Part shown: positions 22,355 to 34,692 of the stretch, in pieces | How the letters are laid out: each line of letters opens with the position of its first letter | Position numbering within the stretch: the first letter of the stretch is position 1 | Source of the DNA: Escherichia coli | GTDB lineage: Bacteria > Pseudomonadota > Gammaproteobacteria > Enterobacterales > Enterobacteriaceae | Length of the DNA stretch: 64,000 nt | NCBI RefSeq assembly: GCF_013315695.1 | Contig: NZ_CP054353.1 | Direction: 5' to 3' (one strand) | Program-made: the position numbers and the translations under genes | Notes under the pieces: model-generated | The model's input: only the letters and a program-made list of their open reading frames with translations | What the model was told of the DNA's origin: nothing | Database searches by the model: none

Positions 22355-23002
22355 ATGCCTGAAGCAACGCCTTTTCAGGTGATGATTGTGGATGATCATC
22401 CACTTATGCGACGCGGTGTTCGTCAGTTACTGGAGCTTGATCCTGGCTTTGAAGTGGTCGCCGAAGCGGGCGACGGCGCGAGCGCGATCGATCTGGCGAA
22501 TAGACTGGATATCGACGTGATCTTACTGGATCTCAATATGAAAGGTATGAGTGGCCTGGATACCCTCAATGCCTTGCGCAGGGATGGCGTTACCGCGCAA
22601 ATTATTATCCTGACCGTATCAGATGCCTCCAGCGATGTCTTTGCGCTGATAGACGCAGGCGCAGACGGTTATCTGTTGAAAGATAGCGACCCGGAAGTGT
22701 TGCTGGAAGCGATTCGTGCCGGAGCGAAAGGCAGCAAAGTCTTTAGCGAACGCGTCAATCAGTACTTACGTGAACGTGAAATGTTTGGCGCGGAAGAAGA
22801 TCCCTTCAGCGTGCTGACGGAGCGCGAGCTGGATGTTCTGCACGAGCTGGCACAGGGGCTGTCAAATAAACAGATTGCCTCGGTGTTGAATATTTCCGAG
22901 CAGACAGTAAAAGTACACATTCGCAATCTGCTGCGTAAACTCAATGTCCGCTCACGCGTGGCGGCCACCATTCTGTTCCTGCAACAACGCGGGGCACAAT
23001 AA
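22355..23002 (+). CDS. narP: Nitrate/nitrite response regulator NarP (LuxR/FixJ family)
   Basis: 215-aa product from MPEATPFQVMIVDDHP; receiver domain plus C-terminal LuxR-type HTH; ORF-track start at 22325 is an upstream extension. Confidence 0.92.
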   Translation: MPEATPFQVMIVDDHPLMRRGVRQLLELDPGFEVVAEAGDGASAIDLANRLDIDVILLDLNMKGMSGLDTLNALRRDGVTAQIIILTVSDASSDVFALIDAGADGYLLKDSDPEVLLEAIRAGAKGSKVFSERVNQYLREREMFGAEEDPFSVLTERELDVLHELAQGLSNKQIASVLNISEQTVKVHIRNLLRKLNVRSRVAATILFLQQRGAQ

Positions 23003-23004
23003 AA

Positions 23005-23038
23005 ATAGCCCGATGGCATCACCATCGGGCCTCTTTTT
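23005..23038. terminator. Bidirectional rho-independent terminator between convergent narP and ccmH
   Basis: Hairpin agcccgatgg-catca-ccatcgggc flanked by A-run upstream and T-run downstream. Confidence 0.7.
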
Positions 23039-24089
23039 ATTTACTCTCCTGCGGCGACAAATGTTGCATCGCCTGCGCGATACTACGTTCAATCACCGCA
23101 CGGCGAGTATCATTGGCAGGTAAGAGTTTCAACATCATCTCCCACGCGGCAACGGCTTCGCCAAATCGCTGCTGCTCAAAGGCATTAAACGCATACATGC
23201 TTAACACACGGATATTGCTGTGGTCAGTTCTCACCAACTGGCGTAGCAGTTCACCACCCAGGCGGTTGTCGTTGGGATCAGATGAACGTGTCAACGCTTC
23301 AGCGTATCCGAGCGCCGCATCACTGTTCTTCGGATCGAGGCGATATGCAGTAGCGTATGCATCGGTGGCAATACTGGCGTTACCCAGCGCCATGCCAACG
23401 CGGCCCAACATAATCCAGCCTTCTATATCTCCCGGATTTTTTTGCAGTTGAGTACGCATCCCCAGCGCCAGGCGCGACATCTCTTTTTCGTTGAGCGGAT
23501 CGGCTTTCGGATCCAGCGCCCTGTCCAGTAACGCCGGAGCCTGTGCCGTGGCCTGCTGCCAGATTTTCACCTGCTGATAATTGCCCGTCTGGTAGTAGCT
23601 GACGCCAGCCACAATTAACGCCACCACAATACCCGGCAGATAAACAATATATCCGGCACGCTTACCTTCCGGCACGCTTTGTTCAGGAAACTCTTCCGGC
23701 ACCACGCGTACCCGACGCCGCGAACGGGCGTAAATGACCCAACCGCCAATGCCAATAGCCACTACCGGAAGCACCCACAGCAGCACGGTCAGCGGCGTTA
23801 ACGGCGGATCGTAAGTGACGAAGTTGCCGTAACGCGCCACCATATAATCGACAATCTCTTTCTTACTTTTACCTTCCTGCATCAGTTCATACACTTTCTG
23901 GCGCAGGTCGGTGGCAATCATCGAGTTGGAATCGGCAATGCTGTTGTTCTGGCATTTCGGGCAGCGTAGTTCTTCAGTGAGTTGGCGGAACTGCTGCTCC
24001 TGCGCTTCATCCTTAAACTGCAACACGTCGATGGTCGCCAGCGCTGAGCCGGAGATCATCAGCATCAGCACGCCCAATAAAAACCTCAT
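23037..24089 (-). CDS. ccmH: Cytochrome c maturation protein CcmH
   Basis: 350-aa ORF, LRCPKCQN motif, TPR-like C-terminal part; last gene of the ccm operon. Confidence 0.9.
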   Translation of the reverse strand: MRFLLGVLMLMISGSALATIDVLQFKDEAQEQQFRQLTEELRCPKCQNNSIADSNSMIATDLRQKVYELMQEGKSKKEIVDYMVARYGNFVTYDPPLTPLTVLLWVLPVVAIGIGGWVIYARSRRRVRVVPEEFPEQSVPEGKRAGYIVYLPGIVVALIVAGVSYYQTGNYQQVKIWQQATAQAPALLDRALDPKADPLNEKEMSRLALGMRTQLQKNPGDIEGWIMLGRVGMALGNASIATDAYATAYRLDPKNSDAALGYAEALTRSSDPNDNRLGGELLRQLVRTDHSNIRVLSMYAFNAFEQQRFGEAVAAWEMMLKLLPANDTRRAVIERSIAQAMQHLSPQESK

Positions 24090-24643
24090 TGTGCGGCCTC
24101 CTTACTGTATTTCTCCCACAGCGGCTTGATCTCTTCTTCCCAGACGCGAGGATTGAGATCGCCCGCATGGCGATAGCGAATGATGCCGTTGCCGTCGATG
24201 AGGAACGTTTCTGGCGCGCCATAGACACCGAGATCCAGCCCTAACATGCCGTCGCCATCAAACAGGCTTAGTGCGTAAGGATTGCCCAGCTCTTTCAGCC
24301 AGCTGATTGCCTTCTGGCGATCGTCTTTATAGTTCATGCCGACCACGCGAATGCCCTGCGCAGAAAGCTGATTCAGATATTGATGTTCCGCACGGCAGGT
24401 CGGACACCAGGTCGCCCAGACGTTAAGCAGCACTGGTTTGCCCTGAGTCAGCACATCCGCCTGATAAAACTGCCCCGGATTGTCCAGTGATTCGAGGCGA
24501 AACTTCGGCACTGGCTTGCCAATGAGCGCCGATTCCAGATTGGTCGGATCATCCCCTTCGGCATTACGCGCCAGCTGCCACAGTAGCGCCGTGGCAATCG
24601 CCAGGAAGATAATCAACGGAATTAACAATACTTTGCGCTTCAT
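24086..24643 (-). CDS. ccmG: Thiol:disulfide interchange protein CcmG (DsbE)
   Basis: 185-aa ORF with thioredoxin-like WCPTC motif; 4-bp overlap with neighbours. Confidence 0.92.
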   Translation of the reverse strand: MKRKVLLIPLIIFLAIATALLWQLARNAEGDDPTNLESALIGKPVPKFRLESLDNPGQFYQADVLTQGKPVLLNVWATWCPTCRAEHQYLNQLSAQGIRVVGMNYKDDRQKAISWLKELGNPYALSLFDGDGMLGLDLGVYGAPETFLIDGNGIIRYRHAGDLNPRVWEEEIKPLWEKYSKEAAQ

Positions 24644-26583
24644 ACAGCCTCCGGCGCAGTTTTCTGCGGGTTCACGCGCTTACGATAGCGAGGATCAAAC
24701 AGGCACAGCAGCCCGCCCAATGCCATCATCAGCCCGCCCGCCCAAATCCAGCGAACAAACGGTTTGTAGTAAAGACGCACGGCCCACGCGCCGTTTTCCA
24801 GCTCTTCACCGAGCGCGGCGTACAGGTCACGCGTGATGCCGCCGTCAATCGCCGCTTCGGTCATCATCGACCCGGCAGTGTTGTAATAACGTTTTTCCGC
24901 ATACAGCACCGTTTCCGGCTTGCCATCGCGCGTTACGCCGATAGTCGCCACACCGCCACGCCAGTTCGGGCCAGTCACCTCTTTGACATCACGGAAGGTG
25001 AAGCGATATTCATGAATATCGACACTATCGCCGGACTTCATGCGCACATCACGCTCAACGCTATAGTTCTGGCTAAAGGCAATACCAACAATTGTCACTG
25101 CCAGCCCCAGGTGAGCCGCCACCATTCCCCAATAACTGAAGGTGGTTTTCGTACCGCGTGAAATACGCAGCGCAGCTTCCGCAATTGCCAGCACCGCAAT
25201 CCAGCAGGCCATTGCCAGGCCGAGCACCGTCATCGCCACAACTTTGCTTTCGAACAGCCACGGCAGCAGCAGCGACAGCACCAGCGTTGAGATGAAGGCG
25301 ATAATCAATAAATTGCGGATTTTACGTGGGCGATCGCGCCCCCAGCGCACCAGAGGACCGACACCAAGCAGCAGCGCAAACGGCACCATCAGCCAGGTAA
25401 ACATGGTGTTGAAGAACGGTTCGCCAATCGAAATGCTGCCCAGTCCCAGTTGCTTGTGCACCAACGGCAGCAGCGTCCCCAGTAATACCACCAGCATCGC
25501 GGCGACCAGCAAAACGTTGTTCGCTAACAGCAGAGATTCCCGCGACCACAGCGCATTGTTTACGCGTGAGCGAACTTTGTGTCCACGCGCGGCAAAAAGC
25601 AGCAGCGAACCGCCAATCACCAGCACCATAAAGGCGAGGATAAACATACCGCGTGCCGGATCAGAGGCAAACGCGTGTACCGATACCAGCACGCCGGAAC
25701 GCACCAGGAAAGTCCCCAGCAGACACAACGAGAAGGCACTGATTGCCAGCAGTAATGTCCACGCTTTGAAGCTGGCGCGTTGTTCAGTGACCGCCAGTGA
25801 GTGCATCAGCGCAGTCCCCACCAGCCACGGCATAAACGAGGCGTTTTCTACCGGATCCCAGAACCACCAGCCGCCCCAGCCGAGTTCGTAATAGGCCCAT
25901 GCGGAACCGAGCACAATGCCGAGCGTCAAGAAGATCCACGCCGCCAGCGTCCACGGGCGGGTAAAACGCGCATAAGTGCTGTCCAGACGCCCGCTCAACA
26001 AAGAAGCAATGGCAAAAGCAAACGCTACCGAGAAGCCGACGTACCCCATATAAAGCAGAGGCGGATGGAAGATCAGCCCCGGATCCTGTAACAGCGGGTT
26101 AAGATCGCGACCTTCAATCGGGAAGTTCGGCAACGTGCGTGAGAACGGGTTAGAGGTAAAGAGAATGAACAGCAAAAAGCCGACGCTGACCATCCCCATT
26201 ATCGCCAGTACGCGGGCCACAATATCCAGCGGAATACGCTGACTAAAAATCGCTACCGCAAAGGTCCAGCCGCTCATCAGCAGCACCCACAGCAGGAGCG
26301 AGCCTTCATGCGCGCCCCAGGTGGCCGCCACGCGATACCACACCGGAAGCTGGGTATTGGAGTTGCTGGCAACATAGGTGACGGTGAAGTCGTTGACCAC
26401 GAAGGCATTGACCAGTACCAGAAATGCGCCAGCCACAGACATAAACAGCAGCCAGGCAAACAAGCGGGAAGATGCCATCATGCGCGCATCTCCGCGCGCT
26501 ACGCCCCATAGCGGATACACGGACAGCAGCAGCGCAATTCCTAGCGCCAGACACAGCAGCCCGTTACCAATTTCCGGCATCAT
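24640..26583 (-). CDS. ccmF: Cytochrome c heme lyase subunit CcmF
   Basis: 647-aa polytopic membrane ORF in operon position. Confidence 0.92.
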   Translation of the reverse strand: MMPEIGNGLLCLALGIALLLSVYPLWGVARGDARMMASSRLFAWLLFMSVAGAFLVLVNAFVVNDFTVTYVASNSNTQLPVWYRVAATWGAHEGSLLLWVLLMSGWTFAVAIFSQRIPLDIVARVLAIMGMVSVGFLLFILFTSNPFSRTLPNFPIEGRDLNPLLQDPGLIFHPPLLYMGYVGFSVAFAFAIASLLSGRLDSTYARFTRPWTLAAWIFLTLGIVLGSAWAYYELGWGGWWFWDPVENASFMPWLVGTALMHSLAVTEQRASFKAWTLLLAISAFSLCLLGTFLVRSGVLVSVHAFASDPARGMFILAFMVLVIGGSLLLFAARGHKVRSRVNNALWSRESLLLANNVLLVAAMLVVLLGTLLPLVHKQLGLGSISIGEPFFNTMFTWLMVPFALLLGVGPLVRWGRDRPRKIRNLLIIAFISTLVLSLLLPWLFESKVVAMTVLGLAMACWIAVLAIAEAALRISRGTKTTFSYWGMVAAHLGLAVTIVGIAFSQNYSVERDVRMKSGDSVDIHEYRFTFRDVKEVTGPNWRGGVATIGVTRDGKPETVLYAEKRYYNTAGSMMTEAAIDGGITRDLYAALGEELENGAWAVRLYYKPFVRWIWAGGLMMALGGLLCLFDPRYRKRVNPQKTAPEAV

Positions 26584-27059
26584 GATGCTGGGTCCTTATA
26601 AACACTCGCCGGGCGACGGTGATTGGCTTCCATCGCTTTCTCAACTTCTGGCGGCGTGTAGTTTTCATCGTGTTTCGCCAGCACTTCTTTCGCGAGGATA
26701 TGATTGCCTTCTTCCAGTTCGCCCTGCACCACAACGCCCTGCCCTTCACGGAACAGATCCGGCAAAATGCCTTCGTAAGAGACATCTACTGAACCTTCAG
26801 CGTCGTAAATGGTGAAAGTTACTTTTAGCGAATTGGGATCGCGCTGCACACTACCCGGCATCACCATCCCGCCAACGCGCAGACGCTGACCGACTTCCGG
26901 CATTTGCTGAGTTTCACGCTTGCCGTAGAGAATTTCCCCCGGCGTATAAAAGAGATCGATATTCGAGCGCAGCGCATATAGCACCAGACCGATAGTCAGC
27001 GCCAGCCCCGCCAACACGGCACAGGCAATCCACAAGCGGTTTTTACGGCGAATATTCAT
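26580..27059 (-). CDS. ccmE: Heme chaperone CcmE
   Basis: 159-aa ORF, single N-terminal TM, operon position. Confidence 0.92.
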   Translation of the reverse strand: MNIRRKNRLWIACAVLAGLALTIGLVLYALRSNIDLFYTPGEILYGKRETQQMPEVGQRLRVGGMVMPGSVQRDPNSLKVTFTIYDAEGSVDVSYEGILPDLFREGQGVVVQGELEEGNHILAKEVLAKHDENYTPPEVEKAMEANHRRPASVYKDPAS

Positions 27060-27265
27060 GCAGCCTCCTGCTGTTGCGCAGCACGTAAACGCGCCTCACG
27101 CGCCCGCTGTTGCGCCACGCCACGCAGAATTGCGCGATGCTGCATCACCGAGTGCACGACCAAAACCACCAGCGGAATGACGGTCATCACCACCGCCAGC
27201 CAGACAAAAAAGGCGTAACCGCCCATTGCGAAAAATTCATTCCAGGAAGCAAATGCAGGGGTCAT
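27056..27265 (-). CDS. ccmD: Heme exporter protein CcmD
   Basis: 69-aa small membrane ORF overlapping ccmE and ccmC by 4 bp. Confidence 0.88.
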   Translation of the reverse strand: MTPAFASWNEFFAMGGYAFFVWLAVVMTVIPLVVLVVHSVMQHRAILRGVAQQRAREARLRAAQQQEAA

Positions 27266-27999
27266 TTACGGCCTCTTTTCAGTATCAGTTCACTCACCCA
27301 CGGACGGCGTTTTTCCATCAGCAAAATCAAATTACGCATCCGCATCAGCGTCAGCGTGGCAGACAGGAGCAGGAAGCCAAAAATCGACCAGCGCAGCGGC
27401 GAACGCATCGCCGGATCGATACTTTGCTGCATCCGCGTTGAGCCCTGGTGCAGGGTGTTCCACCACTCCACGGAGTAATGAATAATCGGCAGATTCACCA
27501 CGCCAATCAGCACCAGGATACCTGCCGCACGGCCCGCCAGACGGCGGTCGTCGAAGGCGTGCCACAGGGCAATCACACCCACATACAAAAACAGCAGCAC
27601 CAGTTCAGAAGTCAGACGTGCATCCCATACCCACCAGGTGCCCCACATCGGTTTTCCCCATGCAGAGCCGGTAACCAGGGCAATAAAGGTAAACACGGCA
27701 CCAATGGGGGCCATCGCCGCCACCGCCAGGTTGGCCATTTTCATCTGCCAGACAAGGCCAATAAACGCCGCCACCGCCATTGATGCATAAATGCCCATCG
27801 ACCAGATCGCCGCAGGCACATGCAGGTAGATAATGCGGTAGCTATTTCCCTGCTGATAATCAGCCGGAGCAAAGCCGAATCCCCAGATCCAGCCGACGGT
27901 AAGCACGACCACACTGGCAATTGCCAGCCACGGTATAAACCAGCCACAGATTTGATACAGCCGTGGTGGGATCGCCAGTTGATGCAGTGTTTTCCACAT
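27262..27999 (-). CDS. ccmC: Heme exporter protein CcmC
   Basis: 245-aa product from MWKTLHQLAIP; W-rich motif (WGTWWVWDARL); ORF-track start at 28023 is an upstream extension. Confidence 0.9.
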   Translation of the reverse strand: MWKTLHQLAIPPRLYQICGWFIPWLAIASVVVLTVGWIWGFGFAPADYQQGNSYRIIYLHVPAAIWSMGIYASMAVAAFIGLVWQMKMANLAVAAMAPIGAVFTFIALVTGSAWGKPMWGTWWVWDARLTSELVLLFLYVGVIALWHAFDDRRLAGRAAGILVLIGVVNLPIIHYSVEWWNTLHQGSTRMQQSIDPAMRSPLRWSIFGFLLLSATLTLMRMRNLILLMEKRRPWVSELILKRGRK

Positions 28000-28040
28000 A
28001 GTTTCGATACCAGACTCGAACAAAAATCAGTAATCCAGCG

Positions 28041-28703
28041 TTATTGAATGCTGATTCGTAACGCTGCCGCCGTCGCAAAAGGACTTAATGTCGCGGTGCC
28101 TGCCAGCAACGCGCCTAAAATTGCCAGATACCCATCAACGGGCAAATGCATAGAAGCCGCGTCCATCGCGGCGGTGGCAAAGATGAGTAATGGGATAGTC
28201 AGCGGTAACACCAGTATGCTGAGCAGCACACCACCGCGCTTAAGTCCCACTGTCAGCGCCACGCCCGGTGCACCGAGAAAGCCAAGCGTAGGCGTTCCCA
28301 GCAGCAGAGTCAGCGCCATCACTTGCCAGCCATAAACATCCATTCCCAGTAGCATTGCTACCAGGGGCGAAAGGATGAGTAACGGCAGACCGGTTACCAT
28401 CCAGTGCGCCATCACCTTCGCCAGCACAACGGCGGGCAAGGGTAACGGCAACAACATCAATTGTTCAAGACTGCCGTCCTGCAAATCGTCACGGAACAGT
28501 CGCTCGAGTGCCAGCAAGGATGAAAGCAGCGCGGCAACCCAGATAATGCCCGGTGCAATACGCGCCAGCAGTTGCGGCTCCGGACCGATACTGAGCGGAA
28601 AAAGGGTAATGACAATCAGGAAGAACCACAGCGGGTTGGCGATTTCGGCGCTATGGCGAAACGCTACGCGCAGCTCAAGACGGAAAATGCGCCAGAACAT
28701 CAT
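28041..28703 (-). CDS. ccmB: Heme exporter permease CcmB
   Basis: 220-aa multi-TM ORF. Confidence 0.9.
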
Positions 28704-29323
28704 GCGGCCCCCGTTTGCGTCAGTGAAATGCGGCGAATTTTACTTTCAGCAACGTTGAGCGGCTGGTGGGTAGTCAGAATCACAGTCCCCCCCTGCTCCG
28801 TATGCTGCGCCATACGCTGGGTCAGACGATCGACGCCGTTAACGTCAATCGCGGTAAAAGGCTCGTCGAGTATCCATAACGTGGCACGGGTCAGCCACAG
28901 ACGCGCTAAAGCGACGCGGCGTTGTTGCCCGGCGGAAAGTTGATTTACCGGAATATCTTCGAATCCGGCAAGCCCGGCCTGCGCCAGGGCTTCCAGACAT
29001 TGTGCGGTATCGCCATCGCGATGATAAAAGTGCAGATTTTCTAACGCCGTCAGCCGGGTTTTGATCCCCGGCTGATGCCCTATCCATAACAGGTTTTGAT
29101 GGTAGCTGTCGCGTACCTGATGCAAGGGCTGCCCTTGCCAGAGAACGTCACCCGCATCAGGGCGAGACAACCCCGTCAGCAAACGGAGAAGCGTTGTCTT
29201 CCCCGCGCCGTTGCTACCGGTGATTTGTACCCACTCTCCTGCGTTCAGCGTAAATGACAAGCCACTAAATAAGGTTCGTTCATCCCGCTCGCAAAGTAAC
29301 TCTCTGGCTTCAAGCATACCCAC
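28700..29323 (-). CDS. ccmA: Heme exporter ATP-binding protein CcmA
   Basis: 207-aa ORF with Walker A (GSNGAGKT) and ABC signature (LSAGQQRR). Confidence 0.92.
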   Translation of the reverse strand: MGMLEARELLCERDERTLFSGLSFTLNAGEWVQITGSNGAGKTTLLRLLTGLSRPDAGDVLWQGQPLHQVRDSYHQNLLWIGHQPGIKTRLTALENLHFYHRDGDTAQCLEALAQAGLAGFEDIPVNQLSAGQQRRVALARLWLTRATLWILDEPFTAIDVNGVDRLTQRMAQHTEQGGTVILTTHQPLNVAESKIRRISLTQTGAA

Positions 29324-29335
29324 GCAATAACCCTG

Positions 29336-29938
29336 TTAAAAACCTGGCTCGACTTCACGCATGTCGGGCAGCTTGTGCGCTATCCCTTTATGGCAATCAA
29401 TACAGGTTTGCCCATCTTTCACCGCCTGGTCATGCATCTTCGCGGCAACCGATTTCTGGGCGGTTGTATCCATATACTCGAAGTTGTGACAGTTACGGCA
29501 CTCCTGCGAGTTGTTGTCCTTCATGCGCCGCCACTCATTCTGTGCCATCGTCAGGCGATGAGCTTCAAATTTCTGCGGCGTGTCAATAACGCCAAAAATT
29601 TTACCATACAGCTCTTTACTTGCTTTGAGCTTGCGTATCATCTTCGGCACAAATTCGTGCGGAACGTGACAATCCGGACAGGTCGCACGAACGCCGCTAC
29701 GGTTGTTGTAGTGCACGGAATCCATGTATTCCTGATACACCGTGTTACGCATTTCGTGGCAGCTAATGCAGAACTCTTCGGTATTGGCTTTTTCCATCCC
29801 GGTGTTAAAGCCGCCCCAGAAGACGATGCCGCCAACAAAGCCGATCAACAGCAGCGTCCCCAGCGCCAGACGGCTGGGGGTACGCCACCATTTCCACAGG
29901 CGCTTAATCAGACCAGGCTTACGGTCAGAATTTCCCAT
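29336..29938 (-). CDS. napC: Tetraheme cytochrome c quinol dehydrogenase NapC
   Basis: 200-aa ORF with four CxxCH heme-binding motifs and an N-terminal TM anchor. Confidence 0.93.
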   Translation of the reverse strand: MGNSDRKPGLIKRLWKWWRTPSRLALGTLLLIGFVGGIVFWGGFNTGMEKANTEEFCISCHEMRNTVYQEYMDSVHYNNRSGVRATCPDCHVPHEFVPKMIRKLKASKELYGKIFGVIDTPQKFEAHRLTMAQNEWRRMKDNNSQECRNCHNFEYMDTTAQKSVAAKMHDQAVKDGQTCIDCHKGIAHKLPDMREVEPGF

Positions 29939-29947
29939 AATAACCTC

Positions 29948-30397
29948 TTATTTCCCGTAACCTTTTGATGGGGTAAAGGTATTCCCTACGATTGGCGCGG
30001 TATCAGCCTGCGGCACGTGACATTGCAGACAGAAGTAACGACGTGGAGCCACTTCCGCGCCCACTTTGCCGTCGCTGTCCATAAAGTGAGTAGGACTGAT
30101 GCGCGGCGCGCCAGTGGTGCGATAGCTTTCGACACCGTGGCACTGCAAGCAGCGGTTGGTATTGGTCGTTACCTGATAACCTTCAACGCTATGCGGGATC
30201 ATTGGCGGCTGATTCACATAGTTCAGCGGCATCCGATCCTGCTCTTTTGGCATCCGAATGGCCCCTTCCTGCGTCCCGGATACTTCCGGCGACTGGCTAA
30301 AATCGACGCCATTAGCCGCCCAAACCGCGCCGCTTACCACCAGGGCCAGCATCGCCGTCCATTGACACAGCGCTTTCTTCAGGTCATGGCTTTTCAT
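29948..30397 (-). CDS. napB: Diheme cytochrome c NapB (periplasmic nitrate reductase small subunit)
   Basis: 149-aa product from [13 protein letters not shown]; two CxxCH motifs; ORF-track start at 30418 is an upstream extension. Confidence 0.9.
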   Translation of the reverse strand: MKSHDLKKALCQWTAMLALVVSGAVWAANGVDFSQSPEVSGTQEGAIRMPKEQDRMPLNYVNQPPMIPHSVEGYQVTTNTNRCLQCHGVESYRTTGAPRISPTHFMDSDGKVGAEVAPRRYFCLQCHVPQADTAPIVGNTFTPSKGYGK

Positions 30398-31257
30398 GAT
30401 TTCGCTCCCGAACTCCATCGTGTAGTTATTGTAAATACATCCTCAGAACAGACATCCACGCAGCGACCGCACGTCATGCAATCGCGGCTGGTGACCTGCA
30501 CCGGGCTTTGTTCATCCAGCACCGGGGCACGTAGCACATGCGGTTCCGGGCAAACATGAAAACAATCCATACAGCGGTTACATTTCTGCCGATCGCTGGC
30601 CGCAACGGTAATCACACCTTTGCTACCCAGCACGCCATACAGCGCGCCAACCGGACAAATGTGCCCGCACCAGCCGTGTTCAACGACCAGTAGATCAAAT
30701 AAAAACAGCGCGAGAATAAGCAGCGCGCCGCTGCCGAATCCCATTACCAGACTGCGCCCCATCAGGGAAACGGGGTTGATCCATTCCCAGATGAGCGTGC
30801 CGGTTAAGGCCGATCCCAGCAGAATGACCACCAACAGCACGTAGCGAATGTGGCGAGGGATCGTCGCAGACTGATTGAGGTCAAAGCGCCTGCGTAACCA
30901 GTTCGCTAAGTCGGTAATCGGGTTCAGCGGGCAGACCCAGCTGCAAAATAATCGCTTTCCTGCCAGGGCGTAGAGCACGGTGATAATTACCGCACCGGTC
31001 AACGCCACCGTGGCAGGCAGATGACCGCTGGCAAGACTTTGCAGCGTCATCAGCGGATCGGTCAGCGGAACGGTGTCGAATAACAGGCTACTGCTGTAGT
31101 TGCCGTGCAAGATCCACACACCAAACCACGGACCGCTCAAAAACATCCCCAGCACGAAGAACTGACAAAGGCGACGTAACACCAGCCAACGGTGGCTGCG
31201 CCACCAGCCTTTTTTCTCCAGCGCCTCGCGCCCGGCGTCACGTTTACGATTTGCCAT
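30394..31257 (-). CDS. napH: Ferredoxin-type membrane protein NapH
   Basis: 287-aa ORF with TM helices and two C-terminal 4Fe-4S cysteine clusters. Confidence 0.9.
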
Positions 31258-31939
31258 TGTTCCCCTCCAGCCAGCCGAAGCGGTAATGGTGACCTAACTC
31301 CCCTTTCGCTAGTGACAGCGGTAACACCTTGATTGCCGGTTGTTCCAGCACGCACACTTTTTCGCACTTACCGCAACCGGTACAGGCGTCGCTGTGAACC
31401 GTCGGCAGAAAGCGGGCGTGCTTACCGGTACGCGTGTTGCGCTCCAGCTCCAGGGTGATGGCCTCATCAATTTTCGGGCATTCGCGATAACAAACATCGC
31501 AGCGCAGCCCCTGAAAGTTGAGACAGTTTTCCTGGTCCACCAGCACCGCCAGCCCCATCCGCGCGTCGTCGATCGATTCGATCTCACGATCCAGCGCACC
31601 GCTCGGGCACACTTTGGCGCACGGAATGTCCTCACACATTTCGCAAGGAATATCCCGCGCAACAAAATATGGCGTGCCCGCCGACAGGCCTGAGGCCAGC
31701 GTCGCCAGTTTTAAGGTGTCGTAAGGGCAAGCCTGAACACACTGACCGCAACGCACACAGGCACTGGCAAAGGCGTTCTCGTTTATGGCTCCGGGCGGGC
31801 GCAACCGCACGCCAGATGCGCGTGCGGTTTGCTGTTGTAACCCCAGCGCCACACCCACGGCAGCCAGCCCGCCTGCTGTGCGAACGACATCGCGCAGAAA
31901 GCGGCGGCGACCATTTTGAGGTTTCGCTGACCGGGACAT
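31244..31939 (-). CDS. napG: Ferredoxin-type protein NapG
   Basis: 231-aa ORF with Tat-like signal (RRRFLRD) and multiple CxxCxxCxxxCP motifs. Confidence 0.9.
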
Positions 31940-31945
31940 AATGGC

Positions 31946-34432
31946 TTACACCTTCTCCAGTTTGACCGCGCACTTCTTGAAGTCCGTCTCTTTCGAGAGC
32001 GGATCGGTCGCGTCCAGCGTCAGTTTGTTAACCAGCTGTGCGGCGTCGAAGAACGGCATGTACACCAGGCCCTGTGGCGGACGGTTACGACCGCGCGTTT
32101 CAACAATCGAGATCACTTCGCCACGGCGAGAAACCACTTTCACTTTGTCGCCACGGCGCAGATCGCGCGCTTTCGCATCCAACGGGTGAATAAACAGGAC
32201 CGCTTCCGGGAAGGCGCGGTGCAGTTCCGGTACACGGCGAGTCATACTGCCGGTATGCCAGTGCTCCAGAACGCGTCCGGTAGAGAGCCACAGGTCGTAC
32301 TCTTCATCCGGTGCCTCCGCCGCCGGTTCGAACGGCAGCGCGAAGATCACCGCTTTGCCATCCGGTTTACCGTAGAACTTGTAGCCTTCGCCCGCTTTCA
32401 CGTACGGGTCGTTACCTTCGCTGTAACGCCACTGCGTTTCTTTACCGTTCACCACCGGCCAGCGCAGACCGCGCGCTTTGTGGTAGTCATCGAACGGTGC
32501 CAGATCGTGACCGTGACCGCGACCAAACCATGCGTACTCTTCGAACAGCCCTTTTTGCAGATAGAAGCCCAGCTCGCGGGATTCATCGTTCAGCTGATCT
32601 TCCGCCAGTTCGGATACCGGGTATTTGCTCACTTCCGGGGTGGCATACAGCACTTCGTACAGCGTTTTGCCACGCAGTTCCGGTTTCTTCGCCAGCAGCT
32701 CTTCCGGCCATACTTCTTCTGTTTTGAAGCGGCGGGAGAACTGGACTAACTGCCAGAGATCCGATTTCGCTTTGCCCGGTGCCTGTACCTGCTGACGCCA
32801 GAACTGAGTACGGCGTTCGGCGTTACCGTAAGCGCCCTCTTTCTCTACCCACATTGCGGTCGGCAGGATCAAGTCGGCGGCCAGCGCACTGACTGTCGGA
32901 TACGGATCGGAGACGATGATGAAGTTGCGCGGATCGCGCCAGCCCGGCATACGCTCTTCATTAATGTTCGGCCCGGCCTGCATGTTGTTGGTACACATGG
33001 TCCAGTAAACATTCAGCTTGCCGTCTTTCAGCGCACGGTCTTGTGCCACCGCGTGCAGACCGATTTTCGCCGGAATGGTGCCGCTCGGGATATTCCACTT
33101 CTTCTCGCAGATATCACGGTGTTTCTCGTTAGTCACCACCATGTCCGCAGGCAGACGGTGAGCAAAGGTGCCCACTTCACGCGCAGTACCACACGCGGAA
33201 GGCTGCCCGGTCAGGGAGAACGGACCGCAACCCGGCTGGGAAATTTTGCCGGTCAGCAGGTGCAGGTTGTAGACCAGGTTGTTGGCCCACACGCCACGAG
33301 TATGCTGGTTGAAGCCCATCGTCCAGTAGGAGATGACTTTCTTGTTCGGATCGGCATACAGCTGCGCCAGTTGTTCTAACTGGTCTTTCGGCACGCCGGT
33401 CATTTCGGCGGTTTTTTCCAGCGTATATTCAGCAACGAAGGCTTTGTAATCTTCAAAGCTCATCGGTTCGGAGGCGTCAGAACCTGGATTCTTCGCTGCT
33501 TTTTCCAGCGGATGGGTCGGACGTAAACCGTAGCCGATGTCCGTCGCCCCTTTGCGCAGGTTAACGTGTTTGCTAAAGAAGTCCTGATTTATCGCATTGT
33601 TTTGAATGATATAGTTGGCGATGTAGTTCAGGATCACCAGGTCTGATTGCGGCGTAAAGATGATGCCGTTATCCGCCAGCTCGAAGCTACGATGCTGGTA
33701 GGTAGAAAGCACCGCCACGGTGACGTTCTGGTTGGAGAGACGACGGTTAGTGATGCGCGACCAGAGGATCGGGTGCATTTCCGCCATGTTCGCGCCCCAC
33801 AGCACAAACGCATCAGCCTGCTCGATGTCGTCATAGCAGCCCATCGGCTCATCCATACCAAAGGTACGCATAAAGCCAACTACCGCCGACGCCATACAGT
33901 GACGCGCGTTCGGGTCGATGTTGTTCGAACGGAATCCCGCTTTAAACAGCTTGGACGCGGCATAACCTTCCCAGATAGTCCACTGACCAGAACCGAACAT
34001 ACCGATCGATTCCGGCCCTTTTTCTTTCAGGGCGGTTTTGAATTTCTCTTCCATCACATCGAAGGCCTGATCCCAGGTGATTGGGGTAAATTCGCCTTCT
34101 TTGTCATATTTACCGTTTTTCATACGCAGAAGCGGCTGCGTCAAACGGTCTTTACCGTACATGATTTTGGGCAGGAAATAGCCCTTAATGCAGTTCAGAC
34201 CACGGTTAACCGGTGCGTCCGGGTCGCCCTGACAGGCCACCACACGCCCCTGCTGCGTTCCGACCAGAACGCCGCAACCAGTACCGCAGAAACGGCACGG
34301 CGCTTTATCCCATTTAATGGCTTCCTGCTGACCAACAACGGCGCGGGCAACGCCCGGCACGCTGAGACCGGCAGCCGCCGCAGCGGCCGCAACGGCGTTA
34401 GCTTTCATAAAGCTACGACGACTGAGTTTCAT
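31946..34432 (-). CDS. napA: Periplasmic nitrate reductase catalytic subunit NapA (molybdopterin)
   Basis: 828-aa ORF with twin-arginine signal (SRRSFMKA) and N-terminal 4Fe-4S cysteine motif (CRFCGTGCG). Confidence 0.95.
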   Translation of the reverse strand: MKLSRRSFMKANAVAAAAAAAGLSVPGVARAVVGQQEAIKWDKAPCRFCGTGCGVLVGTQQGRVVACQGDPDAPVNRGLNCIKGYFLPKIMYGKDRLTQPLLRMKNGKYDKEGEFTPITWDQAFDVMEEKFKTALKEKGPESIGMFGSGQWTIWEGYAASKLFKAGFRSNNIDPNARHCMASAVVGFMRTFGMDEPMGCYDDIEQADAFVLWGANMAEMHPILWSRITNRRLSNQNVTVAVLSTYQHRSFELADNGIIFTPQSDLVILNYIANYIIQNNAINQDFFSKHVNLRKGATDIGYGLRPTHPLEKAAKNPGSDASEPMSFEDYKAFVAEYTLEKTAEMTGVPKDQLEQLAQLYADPNKKVISYWTMGFNQHTRGVWANNLVYNLHLLTGKISQPGCGPFSLTGQPSACGTAREVGTFAHRLPADMVVTNEKHRDICEKKWNIPSGTIPAKIGLHAVAQDRALKDGKLNVYWTMCTNNMQAGPNINEERMPGWRDPRNFIIVSDPYPTVSALAADLILPTAMWVEKEGAYGNAERRTQFWRQQVQAPGKAKSDLWQLVQFSRRFKTEEVWPEELLAKKPELRGKTLYEVLYATPEVSKYPVSELAEDQLNDESRELGFYLQKGLFEEYAWFGRGHGHDLAPFDDYHKARGLRWPVVNGKETQWRYSEGNDPYVKAGEGYKFYGKPDGKAVIFALPFEPAAEAPDEEYDLWLSTGRVLEHWHTGSMTRRVPELHRAFPEAVLFIHPLDAKARDLRRGDKVKVVSRRGEVISIVETRGRNRPPQGLVYMPFFDAAQLVNKLTLDATDPLSKETDFKKCAVKLEKV

Positions 34433-34692
34433 GGTGTTTCCTCACCTTGCTCTTCCTGCTGGTGATAAACCAGCGACACCGCCAGCACGCCCTCTACGTT
34501 GCGTACTGACTCAATGGTTTGAATCAGCGTTTCGCTGTCTTCTGCTTCCACCACCACAATCAACTGACCGCTCGGCGCGTCGCTGACAGCAACTTCACAG
34601 CCGGGAAAGGCGTTCAGTTGGGTGCTGATGTCTGAAATTCGTTCGCTTTTGGCCTGCACGACCAGGCTGCAAACTTGCCAGTTAGTGTGCAT
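34429..34692 (-). CDS. napD: NapA chaperone NapD
   Basis: 87-aa ORF overlapping napA start by 4 bp. Confidence 0.9.
   Translation of the reverse strand: MHTNWQVCSLVVQAKSERISDISTQLNAFPGCEVAVSDAPSGQLIVVVEAEDSETLIQTIESVRNVEGVLAVSLVYHQQEEQGEETP

Noticed and set aside
25142-25891. A 249-aa plus-strand ORF inside ccmF, and similar antisense ORFs inside napA (32186..32749, 33647..34465), rcsC and mqo
   Set aside because: They are antisense to well-supported genes, with low-complexity or Arg/Ser/Pro-rich translations typical of out-of-frame reading of GC-rich coding sequence.
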